NCBI GenBank assembly: GCA_963422735.1
Contig: OY730476.1
Location: forward strand, 3,200,001-3,264,000
DNA from: Candidatus Latescibacterota bacterium
GTDB lineage: Bacteria > Latescibacterota > UBA2968 > UBA8231
Reading direction: 5' to 3'
DNA length: 64,000 nucleotides
Numbering within the stretch: position 1 is the first letter of the stretch; every line of letters starts with the position of its first letter. The position numbers were made by a program, and so were the translations under genes. This document shows, in pieces, positions 49,913 through 60,131 of this stretch. The notes below the pieces were generated by a model. That model made no database searches, was not told the DNA's origin, and saw only the letters and a list, made by a program, of their open reading frames with translations.

Positions 49913-52669
49913 ATGAGAGACCTACGGTGGATACTCGCTGCCTTGCTCGTCGCGGCGATGAGCGCCCATGCCCAAGGCCGGCGCTGGGGAGCGGAAATTA
50001 CCTATGAGCCTCGGGGGCCGGGTGTGCTCTTCGACGCGTTGGATCCAGCGGTTAAGCGCTGGTACGTGCCGCAGGAGCTGTTTGCCGACTACGGTTGGCA
50101 GCAGTGGCAGTACACCAACTACGCGCGCGACGCGTACGAGCGCTACGTCAGCACCACGATTGAAGGCTCTCCGTTCTACGATCTGTACGGCAACTACTTG
50201 ACGCGCGGCTGGCTCATCTACGACTGGAGCCAGAACCAGCCCGTGCAATTTGGTTCGTCCATCTTCAAGGATCAGCGCTTTAACAATTGGTTCAACGCGG
50301 TCACTATTAGCTCAGACTCGCAGGGGCAGTTCTACTATGCGATCACGGTGGGCGAGCGAATCCGCACGACCCTGACTCCGCTCACCTTCTCTAAGCCTGC
50401 CTTCAGCGGCGTGCAGATGGACTTTGCCGCGGACAAGTACGAGGGCACCCTGCTCTTTTCGCGGGTGAGCCGTCCGGTCATCGGCAGTACGCCCAACGAC
50501 CCTAGTTCCGTCTCCAATGCCACCAACCTGATGGCTGGCCGCGCCGTGGTCCAACTCGGCGATTTCGTGGCTGTGGGGGCCAATTTAGTCAATGCGCGCA
50601 ACTCCACCACGGTGGCCGATGCCTTTGAACGCAACCCCTTCGTCGGTACCCTCGCTGCCAATCAGGGCAGCCTGCCGATCTCGGGCATTGCCTTGGTCCT
50701 CAGCGACGACTCGCCCGAGGACGGTCGGGGTGGGGCGACCCTATTTTCGCACGACCTCGTCTTGACGAGCGAGGATCCAGATACGGGGGAGCGCGAGCAA
50801 TTTAGGCTCCGCGATGTGGTCGCCGATCCGGCGCGGTGGCCCGTGGTCTCGGGCGGAGCGCCCAAGGAAGGGGCTTTAGCTGCCGACGGCGACGAGAAGA
50901 TCGTCATCAACTACGACTTCGCGGATATCGCCTATACCGGCCCACGGCCCTCGGAGATCGTCGCGGTGCAGTTCGACTTAGTCTTGGCTAATGACTACAA
51001 GGTGCAGGTTTGGTCCGATCGGCAAACGGGCAGCCGCGCCCTGCCGGTCCTGCCGCTGACGGGCCAGGACATTGAGGATCAGTCCCCGGCGTTGTTCGAC
51101 ATCCTCAGTGCCGAGGGCAATGTGCAGGACAATTCCAACCAGCAGCGGGTCGTCTTCGACTACGGATTGCCGTCGTCCCGCTTGATCTACGGCTTCACCC
51201 TAAACGCCACGGATATCAAGGGCTTAGACCTATACGCGGAGTTCGATGTCAGCCGCTCATACAGCCAGTACCCTAACCCGGCGCGCCAAGCAGCCGCTCG
51301 CTCGCTAACCACGTACGCCCGCGACGCCGAGGCTTGGATGGTCAACGCCGCAAAAGTAGCCTCCCCGTTTTACTTTTTTGGCGAGGCATACAGCATGGAC
51401 CCGGATTACTCGACGAGCTCGTTTATCGTGGACGACAACGGGGGCATTACCTACGACAATCCGCGCACCTCCCTGTACGAGTTGGTTGACGACAACGACG
51501 ACCAAGACCGCTCGGCCGATTGGTTCCGCTTCTCGCAGGGCGGTGGCGATGTGGCCGTCTTCCCGGGGTGGGACGAGAACAACGACTTTGTCTCCGACTT
51601 CAACCAAAACGACAATCGTATCCTCAACAACCGCATCCCGGATTACGAAGAACCTTTCTTTCGCTATGCGGCCGATCGCCCAGAGTTTTTGTTTGGCATC
51701 GACCTAAACAACAACGGTTGGATCGACCGCTTTGAAAACGACGACTTGCCTGACTACCCCTACAAGATCGATCGCCGGGGCTACAACCTGTACGCCGGCA
51801 TTTTCCTCGACCCGCACACTCGGCTGACGTTGGGCAGGCTGAGCGAGAAGAGCATGGCTTCCGACGGGCGCAACCGGGCCGCGTATGGCCTGCTGACCTA
51901 CGACCGCGACTTCACTTGGGGCCGGTTGCGGGCCTTTGAGATGCTGCGGCGCGTCGAAGACGATATCGCCGACGACCGGCGCGAGATGACGCCGCACCTC
52001 GAAGTCAACTCGCTCGCGCTGGTGCGCGACATCCTGCCGGCGCGGGACACGTGGATCAACACGACCTATGTACAGCTCGATTACCAGCCGCTCGACAACC
52101 TAAACGCGAGCAACAAGTTCAATTACGAGCGTTTTTGGCAGCAGGGCCGTGCGTTCAAAAGCCGCGTCAAAGGCCCAGTTCTCAATCGAGGCAGCCACTT
52201 GATTGGATTGATCAACAAAGCGGATTACACCTTTGGCTTGGCTGGCTTTAGGTTGCAGCCCAAGGTCAAGAGCGAGTATCTCAACCAGACCGCGCTCGAA
52301 GCGCGCGCCGAGGATCGCGAGGAGTGGGTCGGCACAGGCATCGTGCTGCTGAGCCACCCGCTGTTGAGCCAGTCGCTGGTGGAAGGAGGCGTCGAATTTT
52401 CTCTGTTCCGGGACTTGATTCTCAAAGAGGACGAGCAGCTCGCCAACGGCCCGGCCGGGCCTACGGGCGACTTCCGCAACTTGGTGCTGGCCCTGCAATG
52501 GTCCAGTGCCGGTTCCTACTTGGGCTACCGGCTCACGACGCAGTTTGGCTTTAGTTACACGCGCCTGTGGGAGGAGCGGGTGATTATCGGCAGCGAAGGC
52601 TTGGAGCGGACGAATGAAATCAGCGCCTTTAGCACCAGCTTCATAACCGTGTACGCGGGGCTGGGATAG
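49913..52669 (+). CDS. 918-aa exported hypothetical protein, putative outer-membrane beta-rich (paralog A)
   Basis: Signal peptide AHA-Q, aromatic alternating strands, and D/N-rich motifs DDNDDQD, DENNDFVSDFNQND and DLNNNG. Confidence 0.7.
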   Translation: MRDLRWILAALLVAAMSAHAQGRRWGAEITYEPRGPGVLFDALDPAVKRWYVPQELFADYGWQQWQYTNYARDAYERYVSTTIEGSPFYDLYGNYLTRGWLIYDWSQNQPVQFGSSIFKDQRFNNWFNAVTISSDSQGQFYYAITVGERIRTTLTPLTFSKPAFSGVQMDFAADKYEGTLLFSRVSRPVIGSTPNDPSSVSNATNLMAGRAVVQLGDFVAVGANLVNARNSTTVADAFERNPFVGTLAANQGSLPISGIALVLSDDSPEDGRGGATLFSHDLVLTSEDPDTGEREQFRLRDVVADPARWPVVSGGAPKEGALAADGDEKIVINYDFADIAYTGPRPSEIVAVQFDLVLANDYKVQVWSDRQTGSRALPVLPLTGQDIEDQSPALFDILSAEGNVQDNSNQQRVVFDYGLPSSRLIYGFTLNATDIKGLDLYAEFDVSRSYSQYPNPARQAAARSLTTYARDAEAWMVNAAKVASPFYFFGEAYSMDPDYSTSSFIVDDNGGITYDNPRTSLYELVDDNDDQDRSADWFRFSQGGGDVAVFPGWDENNDFVSDFNQNDNRILNNRIPDYEEPFFRYAADRPEFLFGIDLNNNGWIDRFENDDLPDYPYKIDRRGYNLYAGIFLDPHTRLTLGRLSEKSMASDGRNRAAYGLLTYDRDFTWGRLRAFEMLRRVEDDIADDRREMTPHLEVNSLALVRDILPARDTWINTTYVQLDYQPLDNLNASNKFNYERFWQQGRAFKSRVKGPVLNRGSHLIGLINKADYTFGLAGFRLQPKVKSEYLNQTALEARAEDREEWVGTGIVLLSHPLLSQSLVEGGVEFSLFRDLILKEDEQLANGPAGPTGDFRNLVLALQWSSAGSYLGYRLTTQFGFSYTRLWEERVIIGSEGLERTNEISAFSTSFITVYAGLG

Positions 52670-52674
52670 CTATT

Positions 52675-55533
52675 ATGAACGCCAGCTTGCGCTGCGTCGG
52701 TGCTCTCTGCTGGGCCGCGCTGCTTTGGGCCGCGCCGCTCAACGCCCAGCGCGAGGATTACGGCAGCCGCTTGGGCCGCATCGAAGCGGGCCAGCCGATC
52801 TACTATTCGTCCGGCACGGGGCTGCGCATGGAAGCCGTCTATCCCTCGTTGCAGAAGTGGTATCTGCCGCAGGAAGTCGCCGGCGAGTACCGCCGGCAGT
52901 GGAGCTACACCAACTACGCGCGGGACCCCTACCGGCGCTATCTCGATCCCGCCTTGGAGGGCGGGTACTTCTACGACCTCTACGGGCGCTTCTTGAACAA
53001 GGGCTGGTTGATCTACGACTGGCGTCAGGTCCAGCCGATCGGCTCGGGCGGCTCGGGCATCTTGCAGGCCGGCCAATACGGCTCGTGGTTCAACAACTTG
53101 GTCCTTGCCGGCGACACCAAGGGCCAGCACTACCTCTCGGTACTCATCGGCGACGAGATCTTCGCCATGCTGACGCCCATGACTTTTCGCAAGACCGCGT
53201 ACAATGGGGTTATGTTCAACTACGCGGCCGATCGCCTGACGGCCACCGTGCTCATGTCGCGGATCAACCTGCCGCTCTTCCGCACGGACCCCTTTCCCGT
53301 GACCGAGGACAATTTCACCAACCTCATCGGCGGTCGCATAGTCTGGGACCTTGGTGCTACGACGCGGATCGGCGGCACCTTTCTCAACGCACACAACGGT
53401 CGGACGGCCTCTGACCGCTTTGAGGGCCATCCGCTCAAGGGCAAGCTGACGAGCGGCCAGCTAGACGGACGCATCGACCGCATCGTGGTGCGGCTAACCG
53501 ACGATTCGCCCGAAGACGAGGGCGGCGGGGCCGTGCTTTTTAGCAGCGACATTGAGATTGAGACGCGGATCGGCGAGCGCGACACCCTGCTGATTGGCAG
53601 CCAGATTGGCTTCGCGCCGCGCATCATTGGTGGGATCGAGCGGGGTGGTTTTTTGACGGCCGAGGGCCGGGGCGAGGCGAGCCAGATTTTGCTCGAATAC
53701 GCGTTTTCCGACGACGATCCGGCGGTCATGGATCTAGAGGCCGTAGTGCCGAGCGCGGATTTGGTCAACCAAATCAGCCGGGTGCGCTTCCGCTTGGTGT
53801 TGGGCAACGACTACAAGGTAGAGGTCGCGTCCAACCGCCAGACCGACAATAATGCCAGCGGCGAGCAGCCGCAGTTTCGCACGGTCGCCCGGGCTGAGGG
53901 CAACGTCTGGGACAACTCCAACCAGCGAACGGTCGTCTTCGACTACGGACTGCCGACGGCGACGCAGGTGGCCGGGCTGACGCTACAGGCCGACGATTGG
54001 GCCGGCTTCCGCGTGTACGGCGAATTCAACCTCAACCACCAGTTCACCCAGTACCCGACGCGGACGCGGGATACGCACAAGGCGTCCTCGGGCATTGGCG
54101 GAGATCGTGCGGCCCTCGGCTGGACGTTCAATGTCTCGCGCCGTTTGGCATCGTTTTTCTTTTTTGGCGAGGCATTCGGCCTAGACGCCGAATACGACAC
54201 AAGCCCGCGCTTTGTCGATAGCAGCGGCCGGGTGGATTGGTCAAACGACGACGAAGCGCGGGCTCGGCACGTGTACGACTTTGTCGATGACAACGACGAC
54301 AACGACCGCATCAACGACCAAAAGCGCCGCTTTGACGACGGCCGCACCGCCGACCAGCGCGGCGTCCGCGCACGCACCTTTGAGGGTTTTGCCGACGACG
54401 CGGTCTTCCCCGGCCTCGACGAGAACAACGATTTCATTTCCGATTTCAATCAGAACGATCTGCGCGAGCGTCCCAATTTCTTGCCCGACTACGAAGAGCC
54501 TTTTCTCCGCTACAATGTCGATCGGCCCGAGTATCTCTTCGCCCTCGACCTGAACAACAACGGCTGGGGCGATCGCTTTGAAAACGACGAAGAGCCCGAC
54601 TATCCCTACAAGCGCGACCGGCGCGGGTACAACGCCTATCTAAGCGCGGATCTCCGGCCCGAGCTTAAGCTGACGACTGGACAGGTGTGGGAGCGCAAGC
54701 CGACGACGGGGGAGCGCAATCGCACGTACTATGCCCTGCTTGCGTACGAACAGAGCTTTGCCGGATGGGGCATGCTGACGGCGTATAATGCGTTCAAATG
54801 GGTCGCCGACGCGATCGCCGAAGACTTGGTGCAGTGGATTCAACTGCGCCCCGTGCTCGGTCGCCCGAGCAATTCCCCCGGCAGCATGATCGCCATCCGC
54901 GATCCGCTGGGCATGGGCGACGCCTTGGTCAACAAGCTGTGGATAGGTGCTGAGCGCCGCCGCCGCGATGGCTTCCAGAGCGCAAACAAGCTGCTGTTTG
55001 AGTTCATGCAGCAGCGGCGAGAAGCTGCCGTTGACCGCGATGGCCGCCGCTTGCAGCGCAAGGCGCGGCGCTTGGGGCTGATCAACAAGGCCGAGTACCC
55101 AGTGCATCTGGGCCGCATAACCGCGCTACCGCGCCTCAAGCAAGAGTTGTTTATGGACGATACCCCGTTCAATATCGAGCGGCAGCTAGGCACTCCGACG
55201 GCCGAGCGCCGCGATTGGAGCGCGATGGTCTCGGTATTGGTAAAGGTGCCCTTTATGAAACGCTCGGTCGTACAACTCGGCACAGAGTACCTGCGCTTCC
55301 GCGACATGGTCGTGGACGAGACCACAGTACCCCCGGGCGATTCCACCGGGGACTACGACGAGACGTCCTTTGCCGTGCAATTGTCCAATACGACATCGTA
55401 TTTGGGCTATAAGCTCATGTCCCAAGTGGGACTGCGCATCGACAAGCGGCAGATAGAGCGCGCGGCGCAGAAGGCTCGCACCGAAACCAGCGGTTTGACT
55501 TTTGTCACAGTACAAGCAGGGCTTAGTGATTAG
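52675..55533 (+). CDS. 952-aa exported hypothetical protein, full-length paralog of 49913 (paralog B)
   Basis: Blocks shared with paralog A: WY.PQE, YTNYARD.Y.RY, FYDLYG..L..GWLIYDW, DDSPED, NSNQ..VVFDYGLP, PDYEEPF.RY..DRPE and DRFEND..PDYPYK.DRRGYN. Confidence 0.75.
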   Translation: MNASLRCVGALCWAALLWAAPLNAQREDYGSRLGRIEAGQPIYYSSGTGLRMEAVYPSLQKWYLPQEVAGEYRRQWSYTNYARDPYRRYLDPALEGGYFYDLYGRFLNKGWLIYDWRQVQPIGSGGSGILQAGQYGSWFNNLVLAGDTKGQHYLSVLIGDEIFAMLTPMTFRKTAYNGVMFNYAADRLTATVLMSRINLPLFRTDPFPVTEDNFTNLIGGRIVWDLGATTRIGGTFLNAHNGRTASDRFEGHPLKGKLTSGQLDGRIDRIVVRLTDDSPEDEGGGAVLFSSDIEIETRIGERDTLLIGSQIGFAPRIIGGIERGGFLTAEGRGEASQILLEYAFSDDDPAVMDLEAVVPSADLVNQISRVRFRLVLGNDYKVEVASNRQTDNNASGEQPQFRTVARAEGNVWDNSNQRTVVFDYGLPTATQVAGLTLQADDWAGFRVYGEFNLNHQFTQYPTRTRDTHKASSGIGGDRAALGWTFNVSRRLASFFFFGEAFGLDAEYDTSPRFVDSSGRVDWSNDDEARARHVYDFVDDNDDNDRINDQKRRFDDGRTADQRGVRARTFEGFADDAVFPGLDENNDFISDFNQNDLRERPNFLPDYEEPFLRYNVDRPEYLFALDLNNNGWGDRFENDEEPDYPYKRDRRGYNAYLSADLRPELKLTTGQVWERKPTTGERNRTYYALLAYEQSFAGWGMLTAYNAFKWVADAIAEDLVQWIQLRPVLGRPSNSPGSMIAIRDPLGMGDALVNKLWIGAERRRRDGFQSANKLLFEFMQQRREAAVDRDGRRLQRKARRLGLINKAEYPVHLGRITALPRLKQELFMDDTPFNIERQLGTPTAERRDWSAMVSVLVKVPFMKRSVVQLGTEYLRFRDMVVDETTVPPGDSTGDYDETSFAVQLSNTTSYLGYKLMSQVGLRIDKRQIERAAQKARTETSGLTFVTVQAGLSD

Positions 55534-57205
55534 ATCGAAGCACGCGGTATATGGGCTGTGGATTCTTGTTTTCTGGAGCTGCGGCACACCAGCCGAGGAC
55601 TTGGTGGTGGCCCGAGTCGGCGAGGTGGAAATTGACGCCCCCCAATTGCTGGAGTTTGAAGAGAAGATACACCGCGATCTGCGGAGCAAAAAGACGGGTG
55701 CTGACGCCTATTTCGACTACTTGCAGACCATGATCGACAAGGAGCTCATGGTCCTAGAGGCCAAAAAGCGGGGCCTCGACCAGCGCGCCGACTTCCGCCG
55801 CAAGATGGACAAATTGTATAGCGACCGCGTCTTGCGCCGCTTTTTGCAGCTTGAGGTGCATGACAAGATCGTCCACACGCAAGAGGAAATGCTGGCTCAC
55901 CAGCGAGAGACGGGCCGCGATCGCGCCGTGCAGGTGCGGCGCATCGTCGTAGCCACAATACAAGAGGCTCAAGCAATCAAGGCGGCCTTGGAGGGCGGCG
56001 ACGATTTCGACGCATGGGCCAGCCGCAGCTTGCTCGCGGCGACCCAGCTAGAGGAGGGCCGCTACCTGCTCAAGGACGAGCTGTATCCACCCATCTTGCA
56101 GGAGGAGGTCTTTCCGCTGGCACTGGGTCAGTTCTCGGAGCCGGTGCTCTTCAACGACCAATTCGGCGTGTACGAGGTGACGGCCGAAGTGCCGGTCGCG
56201 CTCTCGGTCGTGCAATCGGTAATCGAGGCCGAGCTGATCGCGGAGAAGGTGCCGCCGGCCGTGCAAGCCCTGTCGGCCCGCTTGCGGCAGGAGCTCGACT
56301 TTGTGGTTTACGCCCAAGTCTTGGAGCGCGTACGCGGGCGCATCGGGCAGGGCGCCAAAGTGTTTTCTGCAAAGGAGCGCGAGCAGCCTATCTACGAGCA
56401 CGAGAGCGGCGTCTTTACCACCGGCGATCTGCTCAACTTCGCCCGCGAGCTAGGCGTCGGTTTTCCAAAGGACGCGCCCGAGCAGTTCGACTGGTTCGTC
56501 CATGACATCGTCGAGCCGCGCGCCCTGCTTTTGGCCGGTGCATATACGGCGGGCGTTGACCGCGAAGAAGGAGTGGTCGCTTGGTTCCAAAAGCGGCAGC
56601 TATCAAACCTGCTAGTGGCCATGCGCCGGGACGTGGTCGATGGTGTCTTCGCCAGCCGCGAAGAAGCTCGTGCGTTCTACGACCGCCACTCAGACCTTTT
56701 CCGCCCCCTCGAATCGATCGCCGTGCAGGAAATTTTGCTCCGCACCGAGGAGGAGGCACTGGCGCTGCGCGAGGAAGTGGCGCGCGGCGGCGACTTGGGT
56801 GCGCTCGCCGCCGAGCACACCTTGCGCCGGCGCGGCAGAGCTAACCAAGGCGAGTTCCACCTGCATCCTTGGGAGAAGCAACAGTTCGTCCCGCTTTTTG
56901 AGGCGGCCCAAGGGCAAAAAATCGGCGCACTCATCGGCCCTATCGCCTTGGAGGTCGCTGCCGCCGAGGTGCTAAGCCTCGAGCCAGTCAGCGGCCCGTA
57001 CTACGCCATTTTCCGGTTGCTCGATTCGACGATCGACGCCGCACCCAAGCCCTTCGCGCAGGCCGAGCGCCGTGCTCGGGCGCTGATCCGCCGCCAAAAG
57101 CAGGAGCGACTCTTCGGACAGTTCATCATCCAATTGCGCCACCAATACGGGGCGCAAATCGAGGTTTTCCGCGAGCAGGTGGAGGCCCTCGTTCGCAATA
57201 CTTAA
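55526..57205 (+). CDS. SurA/PrsA/PpiC-type peptidyl-prolyl isomerase-like lipoprotein
   Basis: Lipobox-like FWSC, VVARVG...I, L..MIDKEL...EAK..GL, and two parvulin-like segments (VRRIVV...EA....L..G.DF; EILL..EEEA..L......G.DL..LA). Confidence 0.75.
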   Translation: MIRSKHAVYGLWILVFWSCGTPAEDLVVARVGEVEIDAPQLLEFEEKIHRDLRSKKTGADAYFDYLQTMIDKELMVLEAKKRGLDQRADFRRKMDKLYSDRVLRRFLQLEVHDKIVHTQEEMLAHQRETGRDRAVQVRRIVVATIQEAQAIKAALEGGDDFDAWASRSLLAATQLEEGRYLLKDELYPPILQEEVFPLALGQFSEPVLFNDQFGVYEVTAEVPVALSVVQSVIEAELIAEKVPPAVQALSARLRQELDFVVYAQVLERVRGRIGQGAKVFSAKEREQPIYEHESGVFTTGDLLNFARELGVGFPKDAPEQFDWFVHDIVEPRALLLAGAYTAGVDREEGVVAWFQKRQLSNLLVAMRRDVVDGVFASREEARAFYDRHSDLFRPLESIAVQEILLRTEEEALALREEVARGGDLGALAAEHTLRRRGRANQGEFHLHPWEKQQFVPLFEAAQGQKIGALIGPIALEVAAAEVLSLEPVSGPYYAIFRLLDSTIDAAPKPFAQAERRARALIRRQKQERLFGQFIIQLRHQYGAQIEVFREQVEALVRNT

Positions 57206-57301
57206 GAGTCAGTGGCCAGTGGTCAGTCCCCGCACCGCGCCCTATGGGTGCTCACTAAGCTAGCACGAGGAATTTTAAGGACTCTTCTAAGGAGGCTAAA
57301 A

Positions 57302-59194
57302 GTGGTAAGAGTCGAAGCGAACATACCTTTTGTCGAGCCGCCCCAATGGGCCGTTCTCGAGCGCAGCCTAATCGACCTGATGGACGCTTCTGTCCATCCG
57401 CTCATGCAGCGCTACGTGCGCCCAGACGGCTCGGTGCTGTGGCCGCCCACAGACGACTTTAGCAGCATCGATGGCCTCGACGACGCGTACGAGAGCTTTC
57501 ACAACTGGCCGCTCTTTTACTTGATGGGCGGCGGCGATCACATTCTCGAATATTCCCACCGCACTTGGGAGGGCATTACCCGGCAGTTTTCCCGCTACGA
57601 CACCGGCCACGGCCATCCCATGGTCGTCAAAGAATACGAGCAAGGCTACGACTGGATGCACCAAGGCGAGGGGTACTTGTTTTTCTATTTGCTATGCCTT
57701 GCCGATCCAACGCACGAACAGAACGTCGAGCGCGCCAAGCGCTATGCGGGCTTCTATCTCAACGAAGACCCAGAGGCTCCCAATTACGACGCGGAGAAAA
57801 AGCTCATCCGCTGCGCCCACAACGGCAGTATGGGACCAGCACACCGCAACTTTGCAAAGCACTACACGACCTATCGCTACGCCCAGTGGAAACCTTGGCC
57901 CTTGCCCTTTCACGACATTCCCGGCATTGAGAAGGTCGAGGATTTGCAAAAGCCGGGCATGGAAGAGAAGATGGGCCGAACCCTCGTCGAGCGCATGAGC
58001 CGCGGCGATGTGGCCTGCAACCTCGCGGCTACCAGTATGGTGACCAACGCCTATCTGTGCAGCGGCGACGACAAGTACCGAGCATGGGTCGAGGAATACA
58101 CCAATGCTTGGATCGAGCGCGCCCGGCAAAACAACGGCATCCTGCCCGACAACATTGGCCTTTCGGGGCAGATCGGCGAATACATCGACGGCAAGTGGTA
58201 CGGCGGCTACTATGGCTGGACTTGGCCGCACGGCTGGCACCACCTGAGCGACGCCTGCATTGCGGCTGCGGAAAACGCGACCTTGCTCTCCGGCGACTCG
58301 CGCTACATGAACTTTCCGCGCTCGCAAATTGACGTGCTGATGCAGCAGGGGGAAATAAGGGGACAAACGCTGTACGCGCCGCACTTCTACCACGACAAAG
58401 GCTGGGACGGCTACAGCCCTATGCAGGCCCATCCCACGACCCACCTCTGGTGCATGAGTATGCAGCAAGAGGACATGGCGCGGCTCAAACAGCAGCGCAA
58501 CCACGATAGCTGGCGGCAGGTAGGCTCGCACTTTTCCAAGCACGGCGGCGGCCACGAGGCCGCTTGGACCGCGTATCTCGAAGGCGAATATCCAGAGTAC
58601 CCGGTGGACATCCTGCGGCACAACCACGCTCAGGTCTATCAGCGTTTGGCCTTTATGCGCGATGACCAGCAAGACCCTGCTACATACGGCGACTGGTATC
58701 TGCAAGTGCGCAACCCCATCACCGTCGAGGGCTTGGTACAACTGACGATGGGTGCCCCGCTCTTCATGTACAACGGCGGCCTGCTCATGGCCCGCCTGCG
58801 CTACTTCGACCCGCAACGCCGCCGGCCAGGCTTGCCGTCAGACGTGGCCGCCTTGGTGGAATCGCTCGCAGACGAGCGAGCCGTCCTGCACTTGGTCAAC
58901 CTGCACCCGACGCAGGAGCGCGAGGTCTTGCTACAGGCCGGTGCTTTTGGCGAGCATGGCTTCACCCGCGTTTCCTACCAGCAGCGCCGGCTCATCTCGG
59001 CTGAAGAAGCCGGTGCTGGACACACGCATGCCGCCCACTATCAGCAGACCGTTCAGGGGCAGCTAGAAGACAAAACGGTCGCCGTACAGAGCCGCCACTT
59101 CACCGTCTGTCTCCAAGCCGGCGCGGCCATTCGGCTCGACTTGGGGATGAAGCGTTTCGTCCATAAGCCGTCGTACGCCCTGCCGTGGAATTAG
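57302..59194 (+). CDS. Conserved hypothetical protein of about 630 aa, possible (alpha/alpha) barrel lyase/hydrolase
   Basis: GTG start after AAGGAGG. Motifs DDAYESFHNWP, YDWMHQGEG, PDNIG..G, WYGGYYGW and RRPGLP.DVAALV. Function not assignable. Confidence 0.75.
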   Translation: MVRVEANIPFVEPPQWAVLERSLIDLMDASVHPLMQRYVRPDGSVLWPPTDDFSSIDGLDDAYESFHNWPLFYLMGGGDHILEYSHRTWEGITRQFSRYDTGHGHPMVVKEYEQGYDWMHQGEGYLFFYLLCLADPTHEQNVERAKRYAGFYLNEDPEAPNYDAEKKLIRCAHNGSMGPAHRNFAKHYTTYRYAQWKPWPLPFHDIPGIEKVEDLQKPGMEEKMGRTLVERMSRGDVACNLAATSMVTNAYLCSGDDKYRAWVEEYTNAWIERARQNNGILPDNIGLSGQIGEYIDGKWYGGYYGWTWPHGWHHLSDACIAAAENATLLSGDSRYMNFPRSQIDVLMQQGEIRGQTLYAPHFYHDKGWDGYSPMQAHPTTHLWCMSMQQEDMARLKQQRNHDSWRQVGSHFSKHGGGHEAAWTAYLEGEYPEYPVDILRHNHAQVYQRLAFMRDDQQDPATYGDWYLQVRNPITVEGLVQLTMGAPLFMYNGGLLMARLRYFDPQRRRPGLPSDVAALVESLADERAVLHLVNLHPTQEREVLLQAGAFGEHGFTRVSYQQRRLISAEEAGAGHTHAAHYQQTVQGQLEDKTVAVQSRHFTVCLQAGAAIRLDLGMKRFVHKPSYALPWN

Positions 59195-59351
59195 GAGTAG
59201 ACCCCTTGGGCATGGGATGCTGTCTCGCCTGCTTCACCCTGCCTTTAGGCAGGACAGTCGAGGTGAAGCGACTCCGCTCCGCTCAGCACGACAGGTAAGG
59301 ACAGTGCCTACGCATAGGCAGGACGATGCGTAGCGTCTGTTAGGAGGCGAC

Positions 59352-60128
59352 ATGCACAACCGCATCAAAGACCAATTCGCCGCGGGAAAACCCGCTTTCG
59401 GCGCCCAGCTCCGCTTTGGCTCTCCGGCCATTGCCGAGCTGTTCGGCCACTCGGGCTTTGACTTTCTCATCATCGACTCGGAACACGCGCCGCAAACCCC
59501 CACTGGCATTCAGGCCCAATTGCAGGCCATCGGCAATACCCCGGCCACCCCCATCGTCCGTCTGCCGCGCATCGACGAGGAGCAGATTCGTCTCTACCTC
59601 GACATGGGTGCGCTGGGCATCCTCGCCCCGTTCGTAAACACCGCCGCCCAAGCCGCAGAAGGTGCTCGCGCCTGCCGCTATCCTCCGGCTGGCATTCGCG
59701 GTTTCGGACCGCATCGGGCGGCCCAGTACGGGTTGCGTACCGACGAGTACTTCGCGGAGATAAACGACTTGGCGATATTCATCGCGCTGATCGAAACGGC
59801 CGAGGCGGTCGCCAATATCGACGAGATTCTCGCCGTTGAGGGAGTCGATACGTTCGTCATTGGCCCGGTCGATCTGTCCATCTCGCTAGGGGTGCCCTTC
59901 GACTACGAGGGATCCGTCTTCCAAGCCGCCCAGGCCCATCTCGCCGCAGCCGCTCGCCGCGCTGGCAAACCGGCAGGCATCGGAGTCTATCGACGGGCCA
60001 GCGATCCGCAAGCACTCCAACGCGCCATGGACGACGGCTTTTCGCTGATTCTCGCCGGCGGCGACGAGCCGTTTCTCACCGCTGGCTGCCAACAGATAGC
60101 GCGCGTCCGCGCCGACTTGGGATGCTGA
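59352..60128 (+). CDS. HpcH/HpaI aldolase family protein
   Basis: GFDFLIIDSEH, LDMGA, RYPP.G.RG, IET..A and IGPVDLS motifs. Confidence 0.92.
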   Translation: MHNRIKDQFAAGKPAFGAQLRFGSPAIAELFGHSGFDFLIIDSEHAPQTPTGIQAQLQAIGNTPATPIVRLPRIDEEQIRLYLDMGALGILAPFVNTAAQAAEGARACRYPPAGIRGFGPHRAAQYGLRTDEYFAEINDLAIFIALIETAEAVANIDEILAVEGVDTFVIGPVDLSISLGVPFDYEGSVFQAAQAHLAAAARRAGKPAGIGVYRRASDPQALQRAMDDGFSLILAGGDEPFLTAGCQQIARVRADLGC

Positions 60129-60131
60129 CTC

